NCBI GenBank assembly: GCA_002403115.1
Contig: DHHE01000213.1
Span: 835-24,580, forward strand
Length of the DNA: 23,746 nucleotides
Direction: 5' to 3'
Source: a bacterium UBP2_UBA4780
Lineage (GTDB): Bacteria > Edwardsbacteria > AC1 > EtOH8
In this document: in pieces, positions 8,973 to 16,448 of the stretch
How the letters are laid out: the number at the start of each line of letters is the position of its first letter
How positions within the stretch are numbered: the stretch's first letter is position 1
Made by a program: the position numbers and the translations under genes
Notes under the pieces: model-generated
The model's database searches: none
Seen by the model: only the letters and a program-made list of their open reading frames with translations
Told to the model about the DNA's origin: nothing

Positions 8973-9001
8973 TTGACAAGCGGGTGACTTATTGCTATAA
9001 T
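8973..9001 (+). promoter_or_regulatory. Perfect sigma70 consensus promoter: TTGACA (8973-8978), 17-nt spacer, TATAAT (8996-9001). Predicted TSS is about 9008.
   Basis: Direct reading. It lies in an AT-richer intergenic region and is preceded by direct repeats (GGAACC x2.5 at 8893-8910, CCAAAAACGGA at 8924-8934 and 8950-8960). Confidence 0.65.
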
Positions 9002-9007
9002 ACCAAG

Positions 9008-9123
9008 GTAGGTCGTTTCGTTTACACAACGAAGCGGCCTCGTTATTCAATGGAAGCAACAGCGCCACACAACCGGAAGGGATCCATAGGGCATGGCCTG
9101 CGGGCGGTGCCCTATTTGACGAT
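9008..9123 (+). promoter_or_regulatory. Structured ~115-nt 5' leader of the EIIA-trkHA operon. It has two strong hairpins, and there is no Shine-Dalgarno before the ATG.
   Basis: Hairpin 1: 9011-9021 pairs with 9029-9039 (11 bp), 7-nt loop. Two G-U pairs make it pair only in the sense transcript. Hairpin 2: ATAGGGCA (9086-9093) pairs with TGCCCTAT (9108-9115), 14-nt loop. It ends 8 nt before the start codon. Confidence 0.4.
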
Positions 9124-9663
9124 ATGCCGATAAAACTGTCCAGCCTTACCGAGGCCTCGCTGATCATCCCGTCGCTGGCCGCCACCGACGCCCGGGAGGT
9201 CCTGCAGGAGCTGCTGATCCGCGCCTTCACCTCGGACCGCATCTCCTCGCACCAGGCGGCCGAGGAGATGGAGGAACTGGTGCCGGGCGTCGGAGCCAGG
9301 GTGGGCCAGAGCATGCTCCGCGAGGGGGAGGAGGACATACTCCGGGAGCTGATGCACCGGGAGACGCTGGGCACCACCGGCATCGGCGAGGCGGTGGCCA
9401 TACCACACACCCGGCACCCGCTGGTCAAGGAGATGGTCATGGTTCTCGGCCGCTCCCACCGGGGGATAGATTTCAACTCCCTGGACGGGCAGCCGGTGAG
9501 GCTTTTCTTCATGCTTCTCATACCGCAGGAGGAGAGGGTCAGGCATCTGTCCGCCCTGGCCGAGATCGCCCGCCTGGTCAAGGCCCAGGACTTCGTCCCC
9601 GGCGCCCTGCAGGCCCCGGACGCCAAGGAGATCCTCAAGCTGCTGAAGAAGGCCGAGGGATGA
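9124..9663 (+). CDS. ptsN: PTS EIIA type-2 nitrogen-regulatory (PtsN / EIIA-Ntr) family protein with a ~35-aa internal insertion
   Basis: 179 aa. RETLGTTGIGEAVAIPHTRH aligns with E. coli PtsN REKMGSTGIGNGIAIPHGKL (active-site His). QPVRLFFMLLIPQEE aligns with QPVDLLFALLVPADQ. N-terminal LSSL matches LSSV. Confidence 0.75.
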   Translation: MPIKLSSLTEASLIIPSLAATDAREVLQELLIRAFTSDRISSHQAAEEMEELVPGVGARVGQSMLREGEEDILRELMHRETLGTTGIGEAVAIPHTRHPLVKEMVMVLGRSHRGIDFNSLDGQPVRLFFMLLIPQEERVRHLSALAEIARLVKAQDFVPGALQAPDAKEILKLLKKAEG

Positions 9664-11057
9664 GGCGACCCCCGGAGATCTACAACCGCCTCTTCCGGGT
9701 GGAGATCACCCCGGCCCGGATACTGGTGCTGGGATTCGCCATCGCCATCCTGGTCGGCTCGGTGCTTTTATGGATGCCGTTCGCCTCGCCCCGGGACAAC
9801 CCCTGTTCCTATGTCGACGCCCTGTTCACCTCGGCTTCGGCCGTCTGCGTCACCGGGCTGATAGTCAGGGACACCCCGAACGACTTCACCCCTGCCGGGC
9901 TGGCGGTGATACTGGTACTCATCCAGATAGGCGGCCTGGGCTACATGTCCATCGCCACCGTCCTCTCCCTGCTGGTGGGGCGAAAGATCTCGCTCAAGGA
10001 GAGGCTGATGATCCGGGAGGCCTACAACGTGCTGACCCTGGAGGGCCTGGCCCGGTTCGCCCTGCGCATCCTCAAGGTGACGGCGGTGCTGGAGCTGGCC
10101 GGGGCGGCGGTGCTGGCCCTGCACTGGCACAACCTGGGCTTTCCGCCCATGAAGGCGGCCGTCCTGGGGGTGTTCCACGCGGTCTCCGCCTTCTGCAACG
10201 CCGGATTTTCCCTGTTCTCCAACAACCTGGCCGATTTCGCCGCAGACCCGGTGGTCTCACTGACGGTCAGCGGCCTGGTGGTGGCCGGGGGGCTGGGTTT
10301 CATCGTCATCAGCGATCTTTACAAGACCAAGGTCAAGAGGGCCGAGCGGCGGCTGACCGTCCACACCAAGATGGTGCTGGCAGTCACCGGGCTGCTGATC
10401 GTCGGGGGGACCCTGTTCATCTACCTTATGGAGCGAAACCACCTGCTGTCCAGCTTTCCCGAGGCCGCCAGGTGGATGGTGTCGCTGTTTCACGCCATAA
10501 CCCCGCGGACCGCCGGCTTCAACTCCATCGATATAGGAAGCCTGTACTTCCCCACCCTGCTGCTCCTGATCATCCTCATGTTCATCGGGGCCTCGCCCGG
10601 GGGGACCGGCGGCGGCATCAAAACCACGACTTTCGGGGTGATCATGGCCTCGGTTTGGGCCACCGTCTCAGGCCGTACTCGGGTCAATTTCCTTAGGTCG
10701 CGGATACCGGCCGAAGCCATAAGCCGCTCCTACGTGCTGGCCTTCATGGGCGGGATGCTGGTGGTGCTTGTGGCCCTGATGGTGTTGCGGGCCGAGATGC
10801 GGGCACTGACCGCCGACCGTATGATGCCGGTGCTGTTCGAGGTGGTCTCGGCCTTCGGCACGGTGGGCCTGTCGGCCGGTTCGGCCTCCAACCCGGCCTG
10901 CAGCCTGTCGCACGACTTCAACGTCTGGGGCAAGCTGCTGATAGTTCTGACCATGTTCGCCGGACGGGTGGGGCCGCTGACCTTGGGGACGGCCGTGGTC
11001 TGGCGCCGCAAGGACCTGCCCTTCGACTACCCCGAGGCCCGGGTACTGATCGGCTGA
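9660..11057 (+). CDS. trkH: TrkH/KtrB-family K+ uptake membrane subunit
   Basis: 465 aa polytopic protein with repeated pore-loop-like GLGY and GTGGG segments characteristic of TrkH/KtrB. Its start overlaps the EIIA stop (ATGA). Confidence 0.85.
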   Translation: MRRPPEIYNRLFRVEITPARILVLGFAIAILVGSVLLWMPFASPRDNPCSYVDALFTSASAVCVTGLIVRDTPNDFTPAGLAVILVLIQIGGLGYMSIATVLSLLVGRKISLKERLMIREAYNVLTLEGLARFALRILKVTAVLELAGAAVLALHWHNLGFPPMKAAVLGVFHAVSAFCNAGFSLFSNNLADFAADPVVSLTVSGLVVAGGLGFIVISDLYKTKVKRAERRLTVHTKMVLAVTGLLIVGGTLFIYLMERNHLLSSFPEAARWMVSLFHAITPRTAGFNSIDIGSLYFPTLLLLIILMFIGASPGGTGGGIKTTTFGVIMASVWATVSGRTRVNFLRSRIPAEAISRSYVLAFMGGMLVVLVALMVLRAEMRALTADRMMPVLFEVVSAFGTVGLSAGSASNPACSLSHDFNVWGKLLIVLTMFAGRVGPLTLGTAVVWRRKDLPFDYPEARVLIG

Positions 11058-11158
11058 GCCCGCAAAGGCCTGGCCGCGGAGCGACGCTAAAATATCCGGA
11101 GCGAAACCCGCCCGGGCGGGCGTTCAAAGACGAACCAAGCAATTCAATGACGTAGCAC

Positions 11159-11845
11159 ATGAGACAGTTCGCGGTGATCGGCCTGGGACAGTTCGGATCC
11201 AGCGTGGCCCGCTCCCTGGCCGAGAAGGGGTGTGAGGTGATCGCCATCGACAGGGACGGCGACCGGGTGGCCGAGATATCGGAGACGGTGGCCCAGGCCC
11301 TGGCCTTGGACGCGGTGGACGAGAAGGCCCTGTCGGCCCTGGGGCTCAAGGACGCCGACGTGGCCATCGTCTCCACCGGCCAGGACATCGAGGCCTCGAT
11401 TTCCATCGTCCTCATCCTCAAGGAGATGGGGGTCAGGGAGATCGTGGCCAAGGCGGTGACCGACATGCACGGCACCATCCTCAAAAAGGTGGGGGCCGAC
11501 CGGGTCATCTTCCCGGAGCGTGACATGGGGGAGCGCATCGCCGAGAGCCTGGCCTCGCCCAACGTCCGCGATTACAGCGAGATCTCGGACACCCACGGCA
11601 TCATGGAGCTGGTGGCCCCCAAGCGGTTCTGGAAGAAATCCATGGCCGAGCTGGACCTGGACGACGAGTTCAACGTCTCGGCGGTGGCCATCAAGCGCAA
11701 GGTGCCCACCATCCGCGATGACGGCGAGACCGAGCTCCGCGAGGAGATCAACATCCGGCCCAAGCCCGAGGACAGGATCAACCAGGGCGACGTCCTGATC
11801 ATCATCGGCAGCTACGACGACATCCAGAAGGTGAGGGGCCTCTGA
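11159..11845 (+). CDS. trkA: TrkA/KtrA K+ transport regulatory subunit (RCK, NAD-binding)
   Basis: 228 aa. N-terminal Rossmann motif VIGLGQFGSSVARSL (GxGxxG). TrkA-N plus TrkA-C (RCK) organisation. It follows trkH. Confidence 0.85.
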   Translation: MRQFAVIGLGQFGSSVARSLAEKGCEVIAIDRDGDRVAEISETVAQALALDAVDEKALSALGLKDADVAIVSTGQDIEASISIVLILKEMGVREIVAKAVTDMHGTILKKVGADRVIFPERDMGERIAESLASPNVRDYSEISDTHGIMELVAPKRFWKKSMAELDLDDEFNVSAVAIKRKVPTIRDDGETELREEINIRPKPEDRINQGDVLIIIGSYDDIQKVRGL

Positions 11846-11847
11846 CC

Positions 11848-12117
11848 ATGGACAGCGACCGGAAGAAGGACGCCGCCAAGTTGGTGGAGCTGGGCAAATT
11901 CTACTACCTCAATCAGAAGTACGACCAGGCGGTCGAGGAGTACCGCCAGGCGGTGGAGCTTGACCCCAGGAACACCGACGCCCGATACAACCTGGGCATC
12001 GCCCTGGAGACGATCAACGACCTGGAAGGCGCCCGGGATACCTTCGAGAAGCTGCTGGAGCTGGACCCGGAGTACAAGGGCGCCCAGGAGCACTACGACC
12101 GGCTGGTGGAGCAGTGA
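11848..12117 (+). CDS. Small TPR-repeat protein, 89 aa, translationally coupled to trkA (2-nt gap)
   Basis: AVEEYRQAVELDPRNTDARYNLGIALE...ARDTFEKLLELDPEY are two canonical TPR motifs. Confidence 0.6.
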   Translation: MDSDRKKDAAKLVELGKFYYLNQKYDQAVEEYRQAVELDPRNTDARYNLGIALETINDLEGARDTFEKLLELDPEYKGAQEHYDRLVEQ

Positions 12118-12290
12118 GATAGAGGGCTTTTTTTCAGGAAACCAGGAAAACAGGAACGGCTTTCCTCCAGGCGGCGCGGGAAAAAAGAGAAGCCATATAA
12201 GTATAGTATTAAAAAGGGCATTCATGGATTCACGGCTTCCTCATAGAGAAGAAACAAAGGGATGGCTTGGCGCCATCCTTTTCTCATAAC

Positions 12291-13148
12291 ATGGATAGGC
12301 CCAGGCACCTCTGGCCGCTGATGGCGGTGGGGGTGGCCTCGATCTCCAGCGCCGCCGTGCTCATCAAGCTGTGCCAGGCCGGGCCGCTGGCCGTGGCCTT
12401 CTACAGGCTGGGTCTGGCCAGCCTGCTGCTCTGGCCGGTATTCCTGGCAAGAAGATCGTGGAAGGAGCTCGACCCGGGGAAACTGGCCTGGGCCGTGCTG
12501 GCCGGGCTCTTTCTCGCCATGCACTTCGGGCTGTGGCTGTACTCGCTCAGCTACACCACGGTGGCCAGCTCGGTGGTGCTGGTGACGCTGAACCCCCTGT
12601 TCGTGGGGATCCTGGGCTGGCTGTTCCTGGGGGAGAGGGTAGGCGTCCGGCTGGTGCTGGCCATCGCCCTGGTGATCGCCGGGGGTCTCCTGATCAGCGG
12701 CGGAGCCTTGCAGGCCGGCGGGACGGCGATGAAGGGGAACCTGCTGGCCCTGGGCGGGGCCCTGATGGCCTCGCTCTACCTGCTGGCCGGCCGCAGGCTG
12801 AGGGTCTCCATGGGCATCGTGCCATACGCCACGGTGTGCTACACGGCCACCACCCTGATCCTGCTGGCCGGCTGCCTGGCTCTGGGCGTGCCGCTGCGGG
12901 GGTTCCCGGCCTCCACCTGGCTCCTTTTCCTGGGCCTGGCCCTGGGGCCGCAGATCCTGGGGCACACCGTCTTCAACTGGGGCCTGAGATACCTGCCGGC
13001 ATCCCGCATCGCCATGATGATAGTGGCCGAGCCGGTGGGGGCCACGGTGCTGGCCTTCCTGGTGCTGGCCCAGGCGCCGACCCCGGGCGAGATGGCCGGA
13101 GGAGCCCTGATCCTGGCCGGTGTCTACCTGTCGGCGGCGGTGCGTTAA
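12291..13148 (+). CDS. EamA/DMT-family transporter (10-TM drug/metabolite exporter)
   Basis: Duplicated EamA-like hydrophobic halves (...AFYRLGLASLLLWP..., ...LGERVGVRLVLAIALVIAGGLLI...). ATG at 12291. An in-frame TTG at 12267 with an AAAGGGA RBS is an alternative start. Confidence 0.7.
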   Translation: MDRPRHLWPLMAVGVASISSAAVLIKLCQAGPLAVAFYRLGLASLLLWPVFLARRSWKELDPGKLAWAVLAGLFLAMHFGLWLYSLSYTTVASSVVLVTLNPLFVGILGWLFLGERVGVRLVLAIALVIAGGLLISGGALQAGGTAMKGNLLALGGALMASLYLLAGRRLRVSMGIVPYATVCYTATTLILLAGCLALGVPLRGFPASTWLLFLGLALGPQILGHTVFNWGLRYLPASRIAMMIVAEPVGATVLAFLVLAQAPTPGEMAGGALILAGVYLSAAVR

Positions 13149-13240
13149 ACCATCCGCAGCGCAGGCGCTGCTGTCTTCGGAACGGATTGCCGTCGGCGAT
13201 CATTCAGGCGCCATGAAACGTGCGAAACGTGCGAATCTCC

Positions 13241-13269
13241 TTGACAAACGGTGCGGGATGTCGTATAAT
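13241..13269 (+). promoter_or_regulatory. Perfect sigma70 consensus promoter of the pyr operon: TTGACA (13241-13246), 17-nt spacer, TATAAT (13264-13269). Predicted TSS is about 13276.
   Basis: Direct reading. A tandem 9-mer GAAACGTGC x2.3 (13215-13235) lies immediately upstream of the -35. Confidence 0.65.
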
Positions 13270-13283
13270 AAACAAAGTTATTA

Positions 13284-13389
13284 CCTTTAAATCTGATCCC
13301 GAGAGGTCAGAAAGGACCAAATGAAGATTTTGTCATCACATAACATACAGGAGCCTCCGTTCCCCCCAAGGGGAGACGGGGGCTTTTTC
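13284..13389 (+). promoter_or_regulatory. PyrR-binding attenuator RNA: a binding stem-loop followed by an intrinsic terminator in the pyrR leader
   Basis: CCTTT...CTGA-UCCCGAGAGG-TCAG...AAAGG (13284-13315) matches the conserved PyrR binding-loop core (UCCNGAGAGG with a flanking AAGG). A GC-rich hairpin at 13354-13382 (CCTCCGTTCCCC / GGGGAGACGGGGG, CCAA loop) is followed by CTTTTT (13383-13388). The cognate pyrR gene follows. Confidence 0.65.
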
Positions 13390-13518
13390 TAACCGCGGAG
13401 CGCGCAAAGTCAGGGCATTATACCGCGAAGATCGCAAAGGTTCTTACCTCGGGTTGCTCTGCGTTCTCTGCGGTCATATCGGCCAAGACAAACTAAAAAC
13501 CGATATACGGAGGGAACC

Positions 13519-14073
13519 ATGACCAAGCAGAAGGCGGTCATCATGGACGCCAAACAGATGGATCGGGCGCTGACGCGTATCGCCCACGAGATCCTGGAGC
13601 GCAATAAGGGGACCCAGGACCTGCTGATCGTCGGCATCAAGCGGCGGGGCGACAGCCTGGGGCGCAAGATAGCCAGGATAATCGGGGAGATCGAGAAGAC
13701 GGAGGTGCCCTACGGCGCCCTGGACATAACATTCTACCGGGACGACCTGCAGACCATCGCCCACCAGCCGGTGGTCAACCAGACCGAGCTCAACCACGAC
13801 GTCACCAACAAGACGGTGGTGCTGGTGGACGACGTGCTCTACACCGGGCGGACGGTGCGGGCGGCCCTGGACGAGATACTGGATTTCGGCCGGCCCAAGA
13901 GGGTGGAGCTGGCGGTGCTGATAGACCGGGGTCACCGGGAGCTGCCGGTCAAGGCCGACTACGTGGGCAAGAACGTGCCCACCTCGCAGAAGGAGATCAT
14001 CGGAGTGCGTACCATGGAGGAGGACGGCGAGGAAAAGGTGATCATCAAGGAGAAAGCCGATGAAGTGGAGTAG
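13519..14073 (+). CDS. pyrR: Bifunctional pyrimidine operon regulator / uracil phosphoribosyltransferase PyrR
   Basis: 184 aa. The PRTase motif [17 protein letters not shown] and the N-terminal block both match PyrR. GGAGGG RBS. Confidence 0.9.
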   Translation: MTKQKAVIMDAKQMDRALTRIAHEILERNKGTQDLLIVGIKRRGDSLGRKIARIIGEIEKTEVPYGALDITFYRDDLQTIAHQPVVNQTELNHDVTNKTVVLVDDVLYTGRTVRAALDEILDFGRPKRVELAVLIDRGHRELPVKADYVGKNVPTSQKEIIGVRTMEEDGEEKVIIKEKADEVE

Positions 14074-15013
14074 GAAGGACCTGCTGGACCTGGAGTCGCT
14101 CTCGGTCGAGGAGATCACCATGCTGTTGGACACGGCCCGGAGCTTCCGTGAGGTGCTGGACCGTCCCATCAAGAAGGTTCCCATCCTCCGGGGCAAGACC
14201 ATCGTCAACATGTTCTTCGAGCCCTCCACCCGGACATCCAGCTCCTTCGACATGGCTGCCAAGAGGCTGATGGCCGACACCGTCAACATCTCGCCCAGGA
14301 CCTCGGCGGTCACCAAGGGCGAGACCCTGCTGGACACGGCCCGCAACCTGGAGGCCATGAGGATAGACCTGGTGGTCATACGCCATTCGTCCTCGGGCGC
14401 CCCCCACTTTCTGGCCAAAAGGATCAAGGCCGGGGTGGTCAACGCCGGGGACGGTCAGCACGCCCACCCCACCCAGGGCCTGCTGGACATCTTCACCATG
14501 CGGGAGAAGAGGGGGAGGATAGAGGGGCTCAAAGTCCTGATCGTGGGCGACGTCACCCACTCCCGGGTGGCCCGTTCCAACATCCACGGGCTAAAAAAGC
14601 TGGGGGCGGAGGTGGCGGTCTGCGGACCGTCCACCCTGATCCCGGTCGGCATCGAGGAGCTGGGGGCCAGGGTCTTCCACAAGATCGAGGAGGCCCTGGA
14701 ATGGGCCGACGTGGTCAACATCCTGCGCCTGCAGCTGGAACGCCAGAAGAAGGGACTGCTGCCCACCCTCCGGGAGTACTCCCGGATGTTCTGCGTCACC
14801 GAGGAGCGCCTGAAGGCGGCCAAGCCCGACGTCACCATCATGCACCCCGGTCCCATGAACCGCGGGGTGGAGATCGACCCCCGGGTGGCCGACGGGGCCA
14901 GGTCGGTGATCCTGGACCAGGTGACCAACGGGGTGGCGGTGAGGATGGCGGCCCTCTACCTGCTGTCCGGCGGGGACGCGCCGTTGTCCGAGGCCATAAG
15001 GAAGGAGGCTTGA
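14060..15013 (+). CDS. pyrB: Aspartate carbamoyltransferase catalytic subunit
   Basis: 317 aa. The carbamoyl-phosphate-binding STRTR motif ([12 protein letters not shown]) and the HPTQGLLD motif are present. It overlaps pyrR by 14 nt. Confidence 0.92.
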   Translation: MKWSRKDLLDLESLSVEEITMLLDTARSFREVLDRPIKKVPILRGKTIVNMFFEPSTRTSSSFDMAAKRLMADTVNISPRTSAVTKGETLLDTARNLEAMRIDLVVIRHSSSGAPHFLAKRIKAGVVNAGDGQHAHPTQGLLDIFTMREKRGRIEGLKVLIVGDVTHSRVARSNIHGLKKLGAEVAVCGPSTLIPVGIEELGARVFHKIEEALEWADVVNILRLQLERQKKGLLPTLREYSRMFCVTEERLKAAKPDVTIMHPGPMNRGVEIDPRVADGARSVILDQVTNGVAVRMAALYLLSGGDAPLSEAIRKEA

Positions 15014-15016
15014 CCG

Positions 15017-16321
15017 ATGACAAACCAGAAAGCGGAAGGCAGAAGGCCGAGCGGCAGGCTGGTCATCCGGAATTGCCGGATCATAGATCCGCTCAACAAG
15101 AGGGACGAGGCCGGGGACATCCTGATGGAGGACGGAAGGATATCGGCCCTCGGAAAAGACATAGCACCGAACGGGGCCGAGGCGGTGAAGGGCGACGGGT
15201 TGGTGGCCTGCCCCGGCTTGTGCGACATGCACGTCCACCTGCGCCAGCCTGGCCGCGAGGACGAGGAGACGGTGGAATCAGGCTCCAGAGCCGCGGCCGC
15301 CGGGGGCTTCACGGCGGTGGCCTGCATGCCCAACACCCAGCCGGTCCTGGACAACCGGGGGATGATCGAGCTCATCAGGTCCCTGGAGACGCCGCTCTGC
15401 CGGGTGCATCCGGTGGGGGCCATCAGCAAGGGGTTGGAGGGGCTGGAGCTGGCAGAGATCGGGGACATGGCCGGGGCCGGGGCGGTGGCTGTGTCCGACG
15501 ACGGGAGGCCGCTGACGGATTCCAACCTCATGCGCCGGGCGCTCGACTACTGCCGGATGTTCGGCATCCCGGTCGTCTCCCACTGCGAGGACAAGTTCCT
15601 CTCGGCCGACGGCTCCATGAACGAGGGTCCGCTGGCCACCCGGCTGGGGCTGCGGGGCATCCCCTCCGCGGCCGAGGCCTCGATGGCCTACCGCGACTGC
15701 CGGCTGGCGGCCCTGACCGGGGGGCGGGTGCACATCGCCCACGTCTCCTGCGCCGAGACGGTGGAGGTGGTGCGCCAGGCCAAGAAGCAGGGAGTGGCCG
15801 TCACCGCCGAGACATGCCCCCATTATTTCTGCCTGACCGAGGAGGCGGTCGTCGGCTACAACGAGGCGGCCCGGGTCAACCCGCCCCTGCGGACGAAGCG
15901 CGATGTCGAGGCGATCATCGGGGGGCTGAGCGACGGAACCATAGACTGCATCGCCACCGATCACGCTCCGCACTCGCTGGAGGAGAAGGAGGTCGAATTC
16001 GACGCCTCGCCCACCGGGATGATCGGCCTGGAGACGGCCCTGGGGCTGTGCTGGACGCATCTGGTGGAGAAAAAGGTCCTGACCGCCCGGCAGCTGGTGG
16101 AGAAGATGTCGGTCAACCCGAGAAGGATACTGAACCTGGCCGGCGGGTCTTTGGAAGTCGGAAAAGAATCCGACCTGACCCTATTCGACCCCAACGCCGA
16201 ATGGACGGTGGACCCCGAGAAATTCAAATCCCTGAGCCGCAACACGCCGTTCGCCGGGTGGAAGCTCAAGGGCCGGGCGGCGATGACGGTGGTCGGCGGT
16301 CTGGTGGTCAAAGTCGACTGA
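15017..16321 (+). CDS. pyrC: Dihydroorotase
   Basis: 434 aa. Metal-binding DMHVHLRQPG near the N-terminus. The ...IATDHAPH... block and the amidohydrolase fold match dihydroorotase. GGAGG RBS. Confidence 0.9.
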   Translation: MTNQKAEGRRPSGRLVIRNCRIIDPLNKRDEAGDILMEDGRISALGKDIAPNGAEAVKGDGLVACPGLCDMHVHLRQPGREDEETVESGSRAAAAGGFTAVACMPNTQPVLDNRGMIELIRSLETPLCRVHPVGAISKGLEGLELAEIGDMAGAGAVAVSDDGRPLTDSNLMRRALDYCRMFGIPVVSHCEDKFLSADGSMNEGPLATRLGLRGIPSAAEASMAYRDCRLAALTGGRVHIAHVSCAETVEVVRQAKKQGVAVTAETCPHYFCLTEEAVVGYNEAARVNPPLRTKRDVEAIIGGLSDGTIDCIATDHAPHSLEEKEVEFDASPTGMIGLETALGLCWTHLVEKKVLTARQLVEKMSVNPRRILNLAGGSLEVGKESDLTLFDPNAEWTVDPEKFKSLSRNTPFAGWKLKGRAAMTVVGGLVVKVD

Positions 16322-16325
16322 CATA

Positions 16326-16418
16326 CTAAGTCCCCTCTAGAAAGAGGGGTCAGGATTGTGTCCGTTCGATGTAAAAGTGATCACACACCCCTCGTTCCCC
16401 TCTCAAGAGGGGACTAAG
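16326..16418. repeat. About 93-nt inverted-repeat element. A terminal 13-nt inverted repeat (12/13 complementary) encloses two internal CCCCTCT/AGAGGGG hairpins.
   Basis: CTAAGTCCCCTCT at 16326-16338 is near-complementary to AGAGGGGACTAAG at 16406-16418. Hairpin 16332-16349 has an AGAA loop. A second CCCCTCT..AGAGGGG sits at 16397-16412. The element lies between pyrC and the SPFH gene. No U-tract. Confidence 0.5.
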
Positions 16419-16448
16419 TAAAACTAGTATTATTATGGAGGAAACGCC

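Noticed and set aside
9008-9123. Calling the EIIA-trkHA leader a c-di-AMP (ydaO) riboswitch
   Set aside because: A K+-transporter context makes it tempting. The leader is about 115 nt with two simple hairpins. I cannot see the pseudo-two-fold ydaO architecture. Left as an unclassified structured leader pending a covariance-model scan.
11058-11158. Palindrome CCCGCCCGGGCGGG between trkH and trkA as an internal terminator
   Set aside because: Short, essentially loop-less palindrome with no U-tract. trkA is almost certainly co-transcribed. Probably insignificant.
12118-12134. TTTTTTT run after the TPR gene as an intrinsic terminator
   Set aside because: No convincing GC hairpin immediately precedes the T-run (…GAGATAGAGGGC TTTTTTT). 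It may still terminate weakly but cannot be supported.
12267-12290. TTG 12267 as the EamA start
   Set aside because: Kept as an alternative only. The ATG at 12291 immediately precedes the first TM helix. The TTG has a better RBS but only a 4-nt spacer. This cannot be resolved from sequence alone.
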